Below, piece after piece: positions 48,391-58,297 of a stretch of 64,000 bases of DNA; within the stretch, counting starts at the first letter, position 1, and each line of letters starts with the position of its first letter. A model generated the notes under the pieces. That model saw only the letters and a list, made by a program, of their open reading frames with translations. It was not told where the DNA came from and searched no databases. The stretch spans positions 1 through 64,000 of the forward strand of contig CACPJC010000004.1 of NCBI GenBank assembly GCA_902634185.1. The letters run 5' to 3'. The stretch is from an uncultured Candidatus Actinomarina sp. GTDB taxonomy: Bacteria; Actinomycetota; Acidimicrobiia; Actinomarinales; Actinomarinaceae. The position numbers and the translations under genes are program-made.

Positions 48391-49555
48391 ACAAGTAAAA
48401 GGCACTAGAAATTTATTTGGTGCAGAATCAGAAAAATACATACATATATTTAATGCCTTTTGTGATGCTTTTGTTGATTATGGGTTTGAATTTGTTGAGT
48501 TACCCATTCTTGAACATAAAGAGTTGTTTATAAAATCTATTGGAGAGAATTCGGAAATTGTTACTAAACAAATGTATGAATTTAAAGATAAAGGTGATAG
48601 ATCACTTGTATTAAGACCTGAAGCAACTGCTAGTGTTGTGAGATTTCATAACGAGTTTTTTAAAAATGAATCAAAAAAGTATGCCTATTTTGGAAAAATG
48701 TATCGATATGAAAGTCCTCAAAAAAATCGGTATAGAGAGTTTATTCAAGCAGGAGCCGAATTAGTTGGTACGATTGATGATTTTTCAGAACTACAGATAC
48801 TGAAATCCTCAATCAATTTTTTAGAAAAATTAAATATAAATGCAAAACTTAATATAAACACTATTGGATCTATTGAAGAAAGAAAACTATATATAAAAGA
48901 ACTAGAAAATTACTTTAAAAAGAATAAAAATAATTTATCAAAAGAAAGTAATGAGAAAATTGGTAAAAATACTTTACGAATTTTGGATTCTAATGACCCT
49001 TTCGATTCAGAAATAATTGATCTTGCACCTGTAATTTATCAATATTTAGATGAAGATACGTTAGACAGATATGAAAATTTAAAACAAAACCTAAAAAATG
49101 AAAATATCGGATACGTAGAGAACTCAAAACTAGTTAGAGGACTTGATTACTACAATGACTTAACATTTGAGTTTGTTTATAAAGCTACAGTACTTGGTGG
49201 TGGTGGTAGGTATGATAAGCTAGCTGAATCTTTGAAACTAGGTAATTCTGCAGGAGTAGGTGTTGCTTTTGGTGTTGACAGAATAATTAATTGTATAAAT
49301 TATGTATCTTCTACAAAAAAGATCATGTTGATTGGTCAAAATTTTGATGATATTAAATCCGTTTCTAAAAAATTAGATAAAAGTGGAATTAAATATTTTT
49401 TACCAATAAGAAAAAGTAAAGAGAACACACAGTATAAAGAGGCTATAAAAAACAATGTCGACTATGTTATAAACTGTACTGAAAAGACCATTAAGAATCC
49501 AAAAAATAGTGAGTCATTTGAATTTAATATAGGAAACTTGAAGAAGTTAATATGA
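48383..49555 (+). CDS. hisS: Histidine--tRNA ligase
   Basis: LRPEAT, RYESPQ..RYREF.Q, LVRGLDYY, GGGRYD. Confidence 0.95.
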   Translation: MIEQVKGTRNLFGAESEKYIHIFNAFCDAFVDYGFEFVELPILEHKELFIKSIGENSEIVTKQMYEFKDKGDRSLVLRPEATASVVRFHNEFFKNESKKYAYFGKMYRYESPQKNRYREFIQAGAELVGTIDDFSELQILKSSINFLEKLNINAKLNINTIGSIEERKLYIKELENYFKKNKNNLSKESNEKIGKNTLRILDSNDPFDSEIIDLAPVIYQYLDEDTLDRYENLKQNLKNENIGYVENSKLVRGLDYYNDLTFEFVYKATVLGGGGRYDKLAESLKLGNSAGVGVAFGVDRIINCINYVSSTKKIMLIGQNFDDIKSVSKKLDKSGIKYFLPIRKSKENTQYKEAIKNNVDYVINCTEKTIKNPKNSESFEFNIGNLKKLI

Positions 49556-51249
49556 AAATAGACGACTTAATAAAATCAAAAGTAAACAGTGAAGTTTCTG
49601 ACTTAAGAGGTTGGGTAAGTAGTATTCGAGACCACGGAGGTTTAGTTTTCATTGAACTAAGAGACTCAAGTTCAAAAATACAAATCGTTTTAGATTCTGA
49701 AAATGTCGATATCGATACTTTAAAATCTGAATATTACATAAGTGTCAACGGAACATATATAAAAAGAGATAAGTCAATGATTAATAAATCTCAACAATTC
49801 GGTGAGTATGAGATTAGTGCTGACAGTTACTCAATTATCTCAAAAAGCAAACCTCTACCGTTTCAAATAGAGGACTCTATCGATACTGATGAAAATATAA
49901 GATTGAAATACAGATATTTGGATTTAAGACGAGAAGATATGAAAAGAAATATTGTTGCTCGTTCAAACACATTTAAATCCATTAGAAATTCAATGGATAG
50001 TTTATCTTTTTTAGAATTAGATACACCAACGTTAACAAAATCTACACCTGAAGGTGCGAAAGACTTTTTAGTCCCATCAAGAAAACAAAGTGGTTCATTT
50101 TATGCTTTACCCCAATCACCCCAGATGTATAAACAATTATTTATGATTTCAGGATTTAACAAATATTATCAAATTGCTAAATGCTACCGAGATGAAGATT
50201 CAAGAAAAGACAGACAACCAGAATTCACACAACTAGATTTGGAAATATTAAATGGTACACCAGATGAAGTAAGAAAAACTACTGAAACAATAGTTAAAGA
50301 ATTATTGGATAATGTATTTTCTATTAAAGTCGATGTACCTTTTCGAGATATGACTCACAAATATGCAATAGAAAACTATGGTACTGATAAGCCAGATTTA
50401 CGAATTAGAGAAACTATTGAAGATTTAAGTAATATATTTAAAAATACAGAAATTAATTTTATAAAATCATCATTAGAAAATTCAGGTTTCGTAAAGGGCT
50501 TTCATACATCAAAAATAATGACTAGATCAGAGATAGATGCTTTAGATGAGTTAGTTAAAGATAACGGAAGTAACGGTCTTGGATGGTTTAAAATTGAAAA
50601 CTCCACAGTATCGGGACCATTATCTAAAATTACAACTGACAAAGAGAATGAAGAAATACTAAAACTAGGTGATGGAATGCTCTTATTTCAATCTGGAAAT
50701 ATGGAGATATATCAAGTATTAGATGTTATTCGTCGAGAAATTTTTACTCCGGTAGATACTTACAGTTTCACTTGGATTTATGATTTTCCTTATTTTGAAG
50801 TTGAAAATGGAGAAATACAACCCTCTCATCATCCTTTCACATCACCAAAAGATACTGAGAATTTTATTGAAGATCCTAATAATGCAACAGCTCTACATTA
50901 TGATTTAGTTCTTAATGGATCAGAGTTGGGTTCAGGATCACAAAGAATTAATTCTCCAGATATCCAAAGAAAAGTATTAGAAATGTGGGGTCTTTCAGAT
51001 GATGACATTGAAAATCGTTTTGGATGGTTTATTGAAGCTTTGTCTTATGGAACACCGCAACATGCAGGAATAGCTTTAGGTATAGATAGGATTATTGCTG
51101 TGATGCTCAACGTTGATTCAATAAGAGATGTTATACCTTTTCCTAAAACACAATCTGGACTTGACCCTTTAACAAACGCGCCAACTATTATTGATGAAAA
51201 TGAATTAGAGGATTATAACCTTAAATACATTGAGGTAGCTGATGAATAG
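49552..51249 (+). CDS. aspS: Aspartate--tRNA ligase (RDHGG suggests non-discriminating Asp/Asn type)
   Basis: RDHGG, STPEGAKDF, ALPQSPQ, DRQPEFTQ, HHPFT, FPKT. Confidence 0.95.
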   Translation: MKIDDLIKSKVNSEVSDLRGWVSSIRDHGGLVFIELRDSSSKIQIVLDSENVDIDTLKSEYYISVNGTYIKRDKSMINKSQQFGEYEISADSYSIISKSKPLPFQIEDSIDTDENIRLKYRYLDLRREDMKRNIVARSNTFKSIRNSMDSLSFLELDTPTLTKSTPEGAKDFLVPSRKQSGSFYALPQSPQMYKQLFMISGFNKYYQIAKCYRDEDSRKDRQPEFTQLDLEILNGTPDEVRKTTETIVKELLDNVFSIKVDVPFRDMTHKYAIENYGTDKPDLRIRETIEDLSNIFKNTEINFIKSSLENSGFVKGFHTSKIMTRSEIDALDELVKDNGSNGLGWFKIENSTVSGPLSKITTDKENEEILKLGDGMLLFQSGNMEIYQVLDVIRREIFTPVDTYSFTWIYDFPYFEVENGEIQPSHHPFTSPKDTENFIEDPNNATALHYDLVLNGSELGSGSQRINSPDIQRKVLEMWGLSDDDIENRFGWFIEALSYGTPQHAGIALGIDRIIAVMLNVDSIRDVIPFPKTQSGLDPLTNAPTIIDENELEDYNLKYIEVADE

Positions 51250-53776
51250 TAATGAAATAAGAGAAGAGTTTTTAAAATTCTTTGAACAAAATAATCACAA
51301 GATTATGTCATCAGCGTCATTGATACCTATAGACGAAACCTTACTGTTTACTGCCGCTGGAATGGTTCCATTTAAAGATTATTTTCTAGGTAACAATAAA
51401 CCGCCACATACAAATCTTGTTTCATCACAAAAATGCCTAAGAACAGTTGATATTGATATTATCGGTGACACAGATCGTCATCTTACTTTTTTTGAAATGC
51501 TTGGAAATTTTAGTATTGGAGAATATTTTAAAGAACAAGCAATAAAACATGCATATGAATTTATAACCAAAAATTTAGGAATTAATCCAGATGACTTATG
51601 GTTTACAGTCTATAAAGATGACGACGAATCATTCAATATTTGGAAAGACGTAATAGGTGTTCCTGAAGAAAGAATACAGAGAGGTGATAAAGACAATTTT
51701 TGGCAAATGAATATCCCTGGACCTTGTGGACCGTGCTCTGAAATATTTATAGATAGAGGACCAGACTATGGAGAAGAAGGCGGTCCAATTGGTGGTGGGG
51801 AAGATAGATTCATAGAAATTTGGAACTTAGTTTTTATGGAATCAATACAAGACAAACCTTACAATGTCGTAGGTGAATTACCTGCAAAAAATATTGATAC
51901 AGGTATGGGACTTGAGCGTATTGCTATGGTTCTTCAAGATAAAGAGTCACCATTTGAAATAGATACATTTGAATCAATTTATGAACAATTAAAACCAAAA
52001 ATTAAAACTACGAATAAAAAATACGAAAGAATCATATTGGATCATATGAAAGCATCAACGTTTATGATTTCAGATGGTGTTGTACCAACAAACGAGGGTA
52101 GAGGATACATTTTAAGAAGGCTAATTAGAAGAGCAATAAGAGCATATTATGGTTTAACAAATGAAATAGAATCTATTGAATTTCTAATATCTCCAATTGT
52201 TGAAATTTACAAAGATCACTATCCAGACCTTTATGAGAATATTGATAAAATTAAGAAACTTTATACTACTGAAGAAAATCTCTTTCACAAGACACTAGAA
52301 AAAGGCACAGTTGAAATAAATAGGCTTATACAAGATAAAGAAAAATTTGATGAGGAAAAAGCATTTTATCTTTTTGAAACTTTCGGTTTTCCATATGAAC
52401 TTACAAAAGAGATTGCATTTGAAAATAATATTCAATTAAATGATGATAAGTATATGAAAAAGTTTCAAGAACATCAGGCTAAATCTAGTGCATTTAAGAA
52501 AGAGATATCAAATATAAGTGAATTTGATGTAGATTGCAACGTTTTTACGGGTTATGAAAATACAAATACCATAAGTGAAGTAACACTAGTCCTGAATAAA
52601 AATAGTACAACAACAATATTTACAGAAGCTACGCCATTTTATTATGAAGCTGGAGGTCAAATATCTGACCAAGGCTCAATAATATTTGAAGATAAAGAAT
52701 ATACGGTAGCTGATGTCGTTCAATCTAGCTCTGGTGCTACTGGCTTAGTAATAAATGAAGATATAAAAATTCAATCAGGAGAAAAAATTGAATCTAAAGT
52801 AAACGAATCATTTAGAAGATCTGTATCTAAAAGTCATACATCTGCACATATAGTTCACTCATCTTTAAGAAAGATTCTTGGTGATCATGTTGCTCAAGCA
52901 GGGTCATATGTTGCTCCTGGAAGATTTAGATTTGACTTTAGTCATTCAGAAAAAGTCACACAGGAAGAACTTAATGAAATCTTCACATTAAGTAATAAAA
53001 ATGTCTTTTCAGATTTAAAAGTAGATACAAAAATAATGAATATTGACGAAGCAAAAAAAGAAGGTGCATTGGCATTTTTTGGTGATAAATATGATGACGA
53101 TGTAAGAGTAGTAAATATCGGGAATTTCTCTAAAGAACTTTGTGGTGGTACTCATGTATCTAATTCAAATGAAATAGGATTAATAGTTTTATTAAATGAG
53201 TCTTCAATTGGCTCAAATCTAAGAAGAGTAGAGATGCTTTCAGGATTTGAAGCTTATGATTTTATGACTAATGCTTACAATTCATATAAAAGTGTAAGCA
53301 ATCTTTTAAATACAAATATAGAAAATGTACCTACAAAACTCGAATCTTTATTTAATTCATATGAGGAACTTAAATCACAGGTTGATCAATTTAAACAAAT
53401 TAGAAACAACGAAATGGTAGATCAGATATCAAATAAATTTGAAAATGTTGGTGATTATAAAGTATTCATAAATCAAATTTCAATGGATACAGTTGATGAT
53501 ATAAGAAATGTAGCTATTAATTCGATCAATAATGGAGTTGTTGATTACATATATTTAATTTCACAAATAGAGTCAAAATTTGTCATAGTTGCTATGAAAA
53601 ATGAGAAAGTTCTTAAAGATATGAATGTATCTGAACTTGTGATAGAAACTTCTAAAAATTTTGGTGGGGGAGCATCAAAAGATCAGGTTTTATCAGTTGG
53701 TGGGGGTCCTAATGATTACTCAATAGATGAAACCCTAAAATATGTTAAAGAATCTATTGTTAACAATATCAAGTGA
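51242..53776 (+). CDS. alaS: Alanine--tRNA ligase
   Basis: AGMVPFK, HLTFFEMLGNFS, IDTGMGLER, HTSAH, ELCGGTH. Confidence 0.97.
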   Translation: MNSNEIREEFLKFFEQNNHKIMSSASLIPIDETLLFTAAGMVPFKDYFLGNNKPPHTNLVSSQKCLRTVDIDIIGDTDRHLTFFEMLGNFSIGEYFKEQAIKHAYEFITKNLGINPDDLWFTVYKDDDESFNIWKDVIGVPEERIQRGDKDNFWQMNIPGPCGPCSEIFIDRGPDYGEEGGPIGGGEDRFIEIWNLVFMESIQDKPYNVVGELPAKNIDTGMGLERIAMVLQDKESPFEIDTFESIYEQLKPKIKTTNKKYERIILDHMKASTFMISDGVVPTNEGRGYILRRLIRRAIRAYYGLTNEIESIEFLISPIVEIYKDHYPDLYENIDKIKKLYTTEENLFHKTLEKGTVEINRLIQDKEKFDEEKAFYLFETFGFPYELTKEIAFENNIQLNDDKYMKKFQEHQAKSSAFKKEISNISEFDVDCNVFTGYENTNTISEVTLVLNKNSTTTIFTEATPFYYEAGGQISDQGSIIFEDKEYTVADVVQSSSGATGLVINEDIKIQSGEKIESKVNESFRRSVSKSHTSAHIVHSSLRKILGDHVAQAGSYVAPGRFRFDFSHSEKVTQEELNEIFTLSNKNVFSDLKVDTKIMNIDEAKKEGALAFFGDKYDDDVRVVNIGNFSKELCGGTHVSNSNEIGLIVLLNESSIGSNLRRVEMLSGFEAYDFMTNAYNSYKSVSNLLNTNIENVPTKLESLFNSYEELKSQVDQFKQIRNNEMVDQISNKFENVGDYKVFINQISMDTVDDIRNVAINSINNGVVDYIYLISQIESKFVIVAMKNEKVLKDMNVSELVIETSKNFGGGASKDQVLSVGGGPNDYSIDETLKYVKESIVNNIK

Positions 53777-54150
53777 AAAACATAATAGCTATAGATTATG
53801 GTGAACGTTACGTTGGTCTTGCATTAAAAAAACAATCAATAAATTCGGCTTATGCATATAAAGTCCTGGATAGTAAATCTTTGGATGTTTTAGATGAAAT
53901 TAAACAATCATTAATTGATCACGAAATAGATGAGATTGTAATTGGTTATCCAATAGGATTAAATTCTCATCAAACACGTATGAGTAAAGTGGTAGATGAA
54001 TTTATTGAAAATGATCTAAAATCTATAACAACTATTCCAATACATAAAGTTGATGAACGAATGACTTCAAAGTTAACAAATGATAAAACAATAAGAAATG
54101 ATGACTTAGCAGCATTAGAAATACTAAATTCACATTTAAAAAATGATTAA
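53773..54150 (+). CDS. yqgF: YqgF/RuvX pre-16S rRNA nuclease
   Basis: AIDYGERYVGLA, IGYP, VDERMTS, DDLAA; follows alaS. Confidence 0.9.
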   Translation: MKNIIAIDYGERYVGLALKKQSINSAYAYKVLDSKSLDVLDEIKQSLIDHEIDEIVIGYPIGLNSHQTRMSKVVDEFIENDLKSITTIPIHKVDERMTSKLTNDKTIRNDDLAALEILNSHLKND

Positions 54151-55216
54151 TTATTACTTTAAAAATCGACTTGTAATATCTGTTTTATTTACAATATTTG
54201 CTGTATATATTGCAATTAATTTTGCTTCAAATATTGCTTCATCAATAGACCAAACAGCAAGTATCGTTTCAAATAATGATGATATAGAAGAATCAATTAT
54301 TTTAATAAATATTCCACAAGGTGCCTCAGCGGCACAGATTTCATCAATACTTGCACAAGAAGGAATTATATCGTCTTCATTAGCTTTTGAAATATATCTA
54401 AGGAATGAGAATCTTGGTGACAAATTACGAGCTGGAGAATATGAAATTTCAAATAAATTAGAGTTCGAAGAGATAAGTAATATTTTATTAAAGGGACCAC
54501 CATTAAAAACTTACACAATTACTATTCCGGAAGGACTTTGGATAACTGAAACAATAGAATCTATATCTTCTCAAACTGGTTACGATGTAGATCTACTTAC
54601 GAATTCACTTTTATCTGGAAATGTAGAAAGTAAATATGTTTATTTAGGTGATGTTTCAAAGTTACAAAATTGGGAAGGTCTTCTATATCCAAACACTTAT
54701 CAAATAGCTTTAGATGCATCTGGTGAAGAAATTCTACAAATTTTAGTTAATGAACTCGAAGCAGTAATTGATAGATTGCTCGTTACCTATTCAACACCTA
54801 ATTGGATAAATTCTACGAGTGAACTTTTTGCAATTGCTAGTCTTGTTGAAGCTGAATCGAAACTAGAAGAAGACAGACCACTTGTTTCGTCTGTTATAAA
54901 AAACCGATTGTATGATGATATGTTACTTCAAATTGATGCGATGATACTATATGCTCTTCAAGAGCGTAAATCTCAAGTACTACTAATCGATTTACAAGTA
55001 GAATCACCATATAACTCTTATAAATATACTGGTTTACCACCTACTCCTATATCTGGATTTGGTGAGCGATCATTAATTGCAGTATTTGAAACACCAGAGA
55101 CTGATTTTATATACTACTTACTAACAGATAAAAATGGAAAAATGTCATTTACAAATGACTATACAGACTTTATTAATATGAAAAATAAAGCAAAAGAGGA
55201 AGGTGTAATTCCCTAA
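54143..55216 (+). CDS. mltG: Endolytic transglycosylase MltG
   Basis: TIPEG, EGLLYPNTY, ASLVEAE, LQID, YNSYKYTGLPPTPI. Confidence 0.92.
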   Translation: MINYYFKNRLVISVLFTIFAVYIAINFASNIASSIDQTASIVSNNDDIEESIILINIPQGASAAQISSILAQEGIISSSLAFEIYLRNENLGDKLRAGEYEISNKLEFEEISNILLKGPPLKTYTITIPEGLWITETIESISSQTGYDVDLLTNSLLSGNVESKYVYLGDVSKLQNWEGLLYPNTYQIALDASGEEILQILVNELEAVIDRLLVTYSTPNWINSTSELFAIASLVEAESKLEEDRPLVSSVIKNRLYDDMLLQIDAMILYALQERKSQVLLIDLQVESPYNSYKYTGLPPTPISGFGERSLIAVFETPETDFIYYLLTDKNGKMSFTNDYTDFINMKNKAKEEGVIP

Positions 55217-55773
55217 TGGTATCTACAAATGATATGAGGCCAGGACAGTCTATATTGGTTGATGGAACTATCTATCAGATAATGGATTATGCCCATGTTA
55301 AGCCCGGAAAAGGAAAAGCTTTTGTTAAAACAAAGCTCAAAAATCTTATTGATGGTGGAATTATAGAAAAAACTTTTAGAGCTGATGAAAATGTTGATCA
55401 AGCTTTTATTGAAAAACAAGAATTTCAATATTTATATAATGAATCTGGAAATTTCATATTTATGAATACAGAAAATTATGAGCAAGTATCATTAAATGCA
55501 AATCTCATTGCAGAAATAGAACTTTTATTAATACCAAATAGCGAGGTAACTATACAAATGTATGAGAATAAACCATTAAATGTACTGTTGCCTTCTAGTG
55601 TTGAATTAAAAGTAACAAAAGCAGAACCAGCTGTTAAGGGTGATACTGTAACATCGTCTACTAAAACAGTCACTTGTGAAACTGGTTTAGAGGTGGTTGT
55701 TCCTATGTTTATTGAAGAAGGTGAAATAATTAAAATTGACACTAAAGATAATTCATACATGACAAGGGTTTAA
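55216..55773 (+). CDS. efp: Elongation factor P
   Basis: HVKPGKGKAFVK, KGDT, ETG..V.VP.FI. Confidence 0.96.
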   Translation: MVSTNDMRPGQSILVDGTIYQIMDYAHVKPGKGKAFVKTKLKNLIDGGIIEKTFRADENVDQAFIEKQEFQYLYNESGNFIFMNTENYEQVSLNANLIAEIELLLIPNSEVTIQMYENKPLNVLLPSSVELKVTKAEPAVKGDTVTSSTKTVTCETGLEVVVPMFIEEGEIIKIDTKDNSYMTRV

Positions 55774-56147
55774 TGAAAGATTTTAGACAAATAACATTTG
55801 AAACATTATTTGAAGAAGGCTTAACAAGCTTAAAGGAAAAAGATTTTAATATATCATCATTAAGTGAAAATCAGAATCTAAGAGCAAACCAGTTATTTAA
55901 TAATACAAAAATCAACAGTGAGAGAATTGAAAATTCAATTCGAACTTATTCTGATAATTGGAGTTACGAAAGAATAGGTAAAGTAGAATTAATTACTTTA
56001 ACATTGGGTATTTCAGAATTAATTATGGAGTTATCACCTACAAAAGTTATTATCTCAGAATGGGTAAAGCTTGCAGATAAACATTCTTCTTCACAGTCTG
56101 CAAAATTTGTAAATGGAATACTTGATAAATTATCTCAGGAGATTTAA
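55773..56147 (+). CDS. nusB: Transcription antitermination factor NusB
   Basis: NWSYERI, VIISEWVKLA, KFVNGILD; follows efp. Confidence 0.85.
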   Translation: MKDFRQITFETLFEEGLTSLKEKDFNISSLSENQNLRANQLFNNTKINSERIENSIRTYSDNWSYERIGKVELITLTLGISELIMELSPTKVIISEWVKLADKHSSSQSAKFVNGILDKLSQEI

Positions 56148-56428
56148 TGAGTGACTCATATATTTTAGAGATTAAAAATAAAAGAAAAGATTTTATCAAC
56201 TCATTTGAAAAAAATATTGAGAACATAGATAATGAACTTATTAGAGCTAGTAACGACAATCAATTAAATTCAATAAGAATACATAAATATCTGACAGAAA
56301 CTGGTGTTCTTGGAAAAGTTAAAACTGCTCGTTTTTTAGATGATATAGGACTTAATGAAAAATCAAAATTATCTGACTTAAACGATAATTACATTGAATC
56401 AATTTCTAACTATGTGAAAAACTCATGA
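56147..56428 (+). CDS. mihF: Divergent actinobacterial integration host factor (mIHF/sIHF, H2TH fold)
   Basis: RIHKYLTETGVLGKVKTARFLDDIGL resembles the mIHF core (PGVGKV); immediately upstream of gmk. Confidence 0.65.
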   Translation: MSDSYILEIKNKRKDFINSFEKNIENIDNELIRASNDNQLNSIRIHKYLTETGVLGKVKTARFLDDIGLNEKSKLSDLNDNYIESISNYVKNS

Positions 56429-56955
56429 TTATTATTTTCAGTGGGCCCTCTGGTGTTGGTAAATCAACAATTATTAACAATTTATCAAATGATTTTAATT
56501 TTTATTTTTCTACCTCACATACAACAAGACCTCAAAGGGAATCTGAGATAGAAGGTAAGGATTATTATTTTATATCTGAAGAAGAATTTAATTCAATGAT
56601 AAGTAATGATGAATTTTTAGAATACGAAAGATACGGTAGCTATTATTACGGAACTTCAAAAAAAGAGTTAGAACGAGATGATTTTATTGTCCTCGATCTC
56701 GAAGTAAACGGTGCAACAAAATTGTTAACATCAAATGATTCATATATAGGAATTTTTATAGATATTGATGACAATGTTTTGATTGAAAGATTAAATGAAC
56801 GAGGTCATGATGACCAGTTTATAGAAGAAAGAATGAATTTAGCTAAAGAACAACGGCAATCTATGGGCAACTTTGACTATATAATTAAAAATATAGATTT
56901 AAAGGCTACTATTAAAGAAATATTAGATATATTATATGACCTGGAGAAAAAATGA
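56425..56955 (+). CDS. gmk: Guanylate kinase
   Basis: SGPSGVGKST, HTTRPQR, YYGT. Confidence 0.95.
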   Translation: MIIIFSGPSGVGKSTIINNLSNDFNFYFSTSHTTRPQRESEIEGKDYYFISEEEFNSMISNDEFLEYERYGSYYYGTSKKELERDDFIVLDLEVNGATKLLTSNDSYIGIFIDIDDNVLIERLNERGHDDQFIEERMNLAKEQRQSMGNFDYIIKNIDLKATIKEILDILYDLEKK

Positions 56956-57179
56956 TAAAACCACCTATTGAAGAACTTTTAGAAAACTCACCTGGCAGAT
57001 TTGCACTTGTTATAACGTCAGCAAGAAGAGCTAAAGATATAAACTCATACTTTAACCAATTAGGTGAAGGTATTGGAGCATATACACCACCTCAAGTACA
57101 AAGTCTTAGTAGAAAACCACTTACCGTTGCTTTTGAAGAGATTGCTTCTGGAAAAGTAGAGGTTAGCGAAAAAGAATAA
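56952..57179 (+). CDS. rpoZ: RNA polymerase omega subunit
   Basis: PPIEELL, ARRAKDINSY..QLGEG, KPLTVAFEEI. Confidence 0.92.
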   Translation: MIKPPIEELLENSPGRFALVITSARRAKDINSYFNQLGEGIGAYTPPQVQSLSRKPLTVAFEEIASGKVEVSEKE

Positions 57180-57183
57180 CCTC

Positions 57184-58296
57184 ATGAGCAAAAAAATACT
57201 ACTTGGTATTACTGGTAGTATTGCTGCTTCAAAGTCTGAAAACCTACATTCATTACTTTCAGAAAATAACGAAACTGTAGTCTTTTCAACCGATGAAGGA
57301 TTGAAGTATATTTCAGAGGAATTTCAAAACAAAAATGATATCTTTCATAGTTGGGATCAATTAGATGGATCACCTCATATAGAATATGCAAGATGGGCTG
57401 ATAGTATTGTTATATATCCAGCAACAGCAAATTTTATAAGTAAATTTGCAAATGGTTTGGCTGACAATTTATTACTTTCTACTTTATTGATGTTTGATAA
57501 AGAAATTTATGTTGCTCCTGCAATGCATGAAGAAATGTTTATGGACAATAAAATACAGTCAAACATCATTGATTTAAGCGAAAATGTAATATTTTGTGGT
57601 CCCAGATATGGAAACCTTGATATTGGAGATAAAGGTTTAGGTAGGCTTATCGAACCAATAGAAATGTTTGATATTATATTTAATAAAAAAGAAAAGGTTA
57701 TCGTAACATCAGGTCCAACTTCTGAATATCTTGATGATGTTAGAACAATAACAAACAAATCTTCTGGAAAGCAAGGAAGGGCAGTTGCTATAGAATTGAT
57801 GAGTTTAGGATATGATGTTGTTTACATACATTCGAAAACAATATCTCCTGTTGCTGGAGCTAAAAATATTTCGTTTGATACTTCAAAGGAATTACAGGAA
57901 GCAATGAATATTGAATCAAATAGTACAAAACATTTGTACATGGTTGCTGCTGTTTCTGATTTTATACCTGAAAAAGTAGAAGGAAAAATGAAAAGAACTG
58001 AAGGTAATATGACATTAAATCTGTCACCAAACGTTGATATAGTGAAAGAGTACAAAGAAAAATATAAAATGATAAATGTAATAAGTTTTTCAGCTCAAAC
58101 TAATGATGACCTTAATTTTGAAAAGATTAATGAAAAAAATTCTGATTTTTTAGTTATTAATAATATTAATGATATTTCATTTGGTTCAGACACTAACAAA
58201 GTAACCATAATTAATAAAAAAGACAAAGTGTTTGAATCAGAAGAAAAAAATAAACATATCATTGCTCAAGAGATCATTAAAAATACTTTGATTTAA
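57184..58296 (+). CDS. coaBC: Phosphopantothenoylcysteine decarboxylase/ligase
   Basis: GITGSIAA, PATAN, APAM, TSGPT.E..DDVR..TNKSSGKQG, AAVSDF. Confidence 0.9.
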   Translation: MSKKILLGITGSIAASKSENLHSLLSENNETVVFSTDEGLKYISEEFQNKNDIFHSWDQLDGSPHIEYARWADSIVIYPATANFISKFANGLADNLLLSTLLMFDKEIYVAPAMHEEMFMDNKIQSNIIDLSENVIFCGPRYGNLDIGDKGLGRLIEPIEMFDIIFNKKEKVIVTSGPTSEYLDDVRTITNKSSGKQGRAVAIELMSLGYDVVYIHSKTISPVAGAKNISFDTSKELQEAMNIESNSTKHLYMVAAVSDFIPEKVEGKMKRTEGNMTLNLSPNVDIVKEYKEKYKMINVISFSAQTNDDLNFEKINEKNSDFLVINNINDISFGSDTNKVTIINKKDKVFESEEKNKHIIAQEIIKNTLI

Positions 58297-58297
58297 A

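Noticed and set aside
53773-54150. YqgF/RuvX as the replacement Holliday junction resolvase
   Set aside because: This is a standard gene at its usual post-alaS position; its best-supported role is pre-16S rRNA processing
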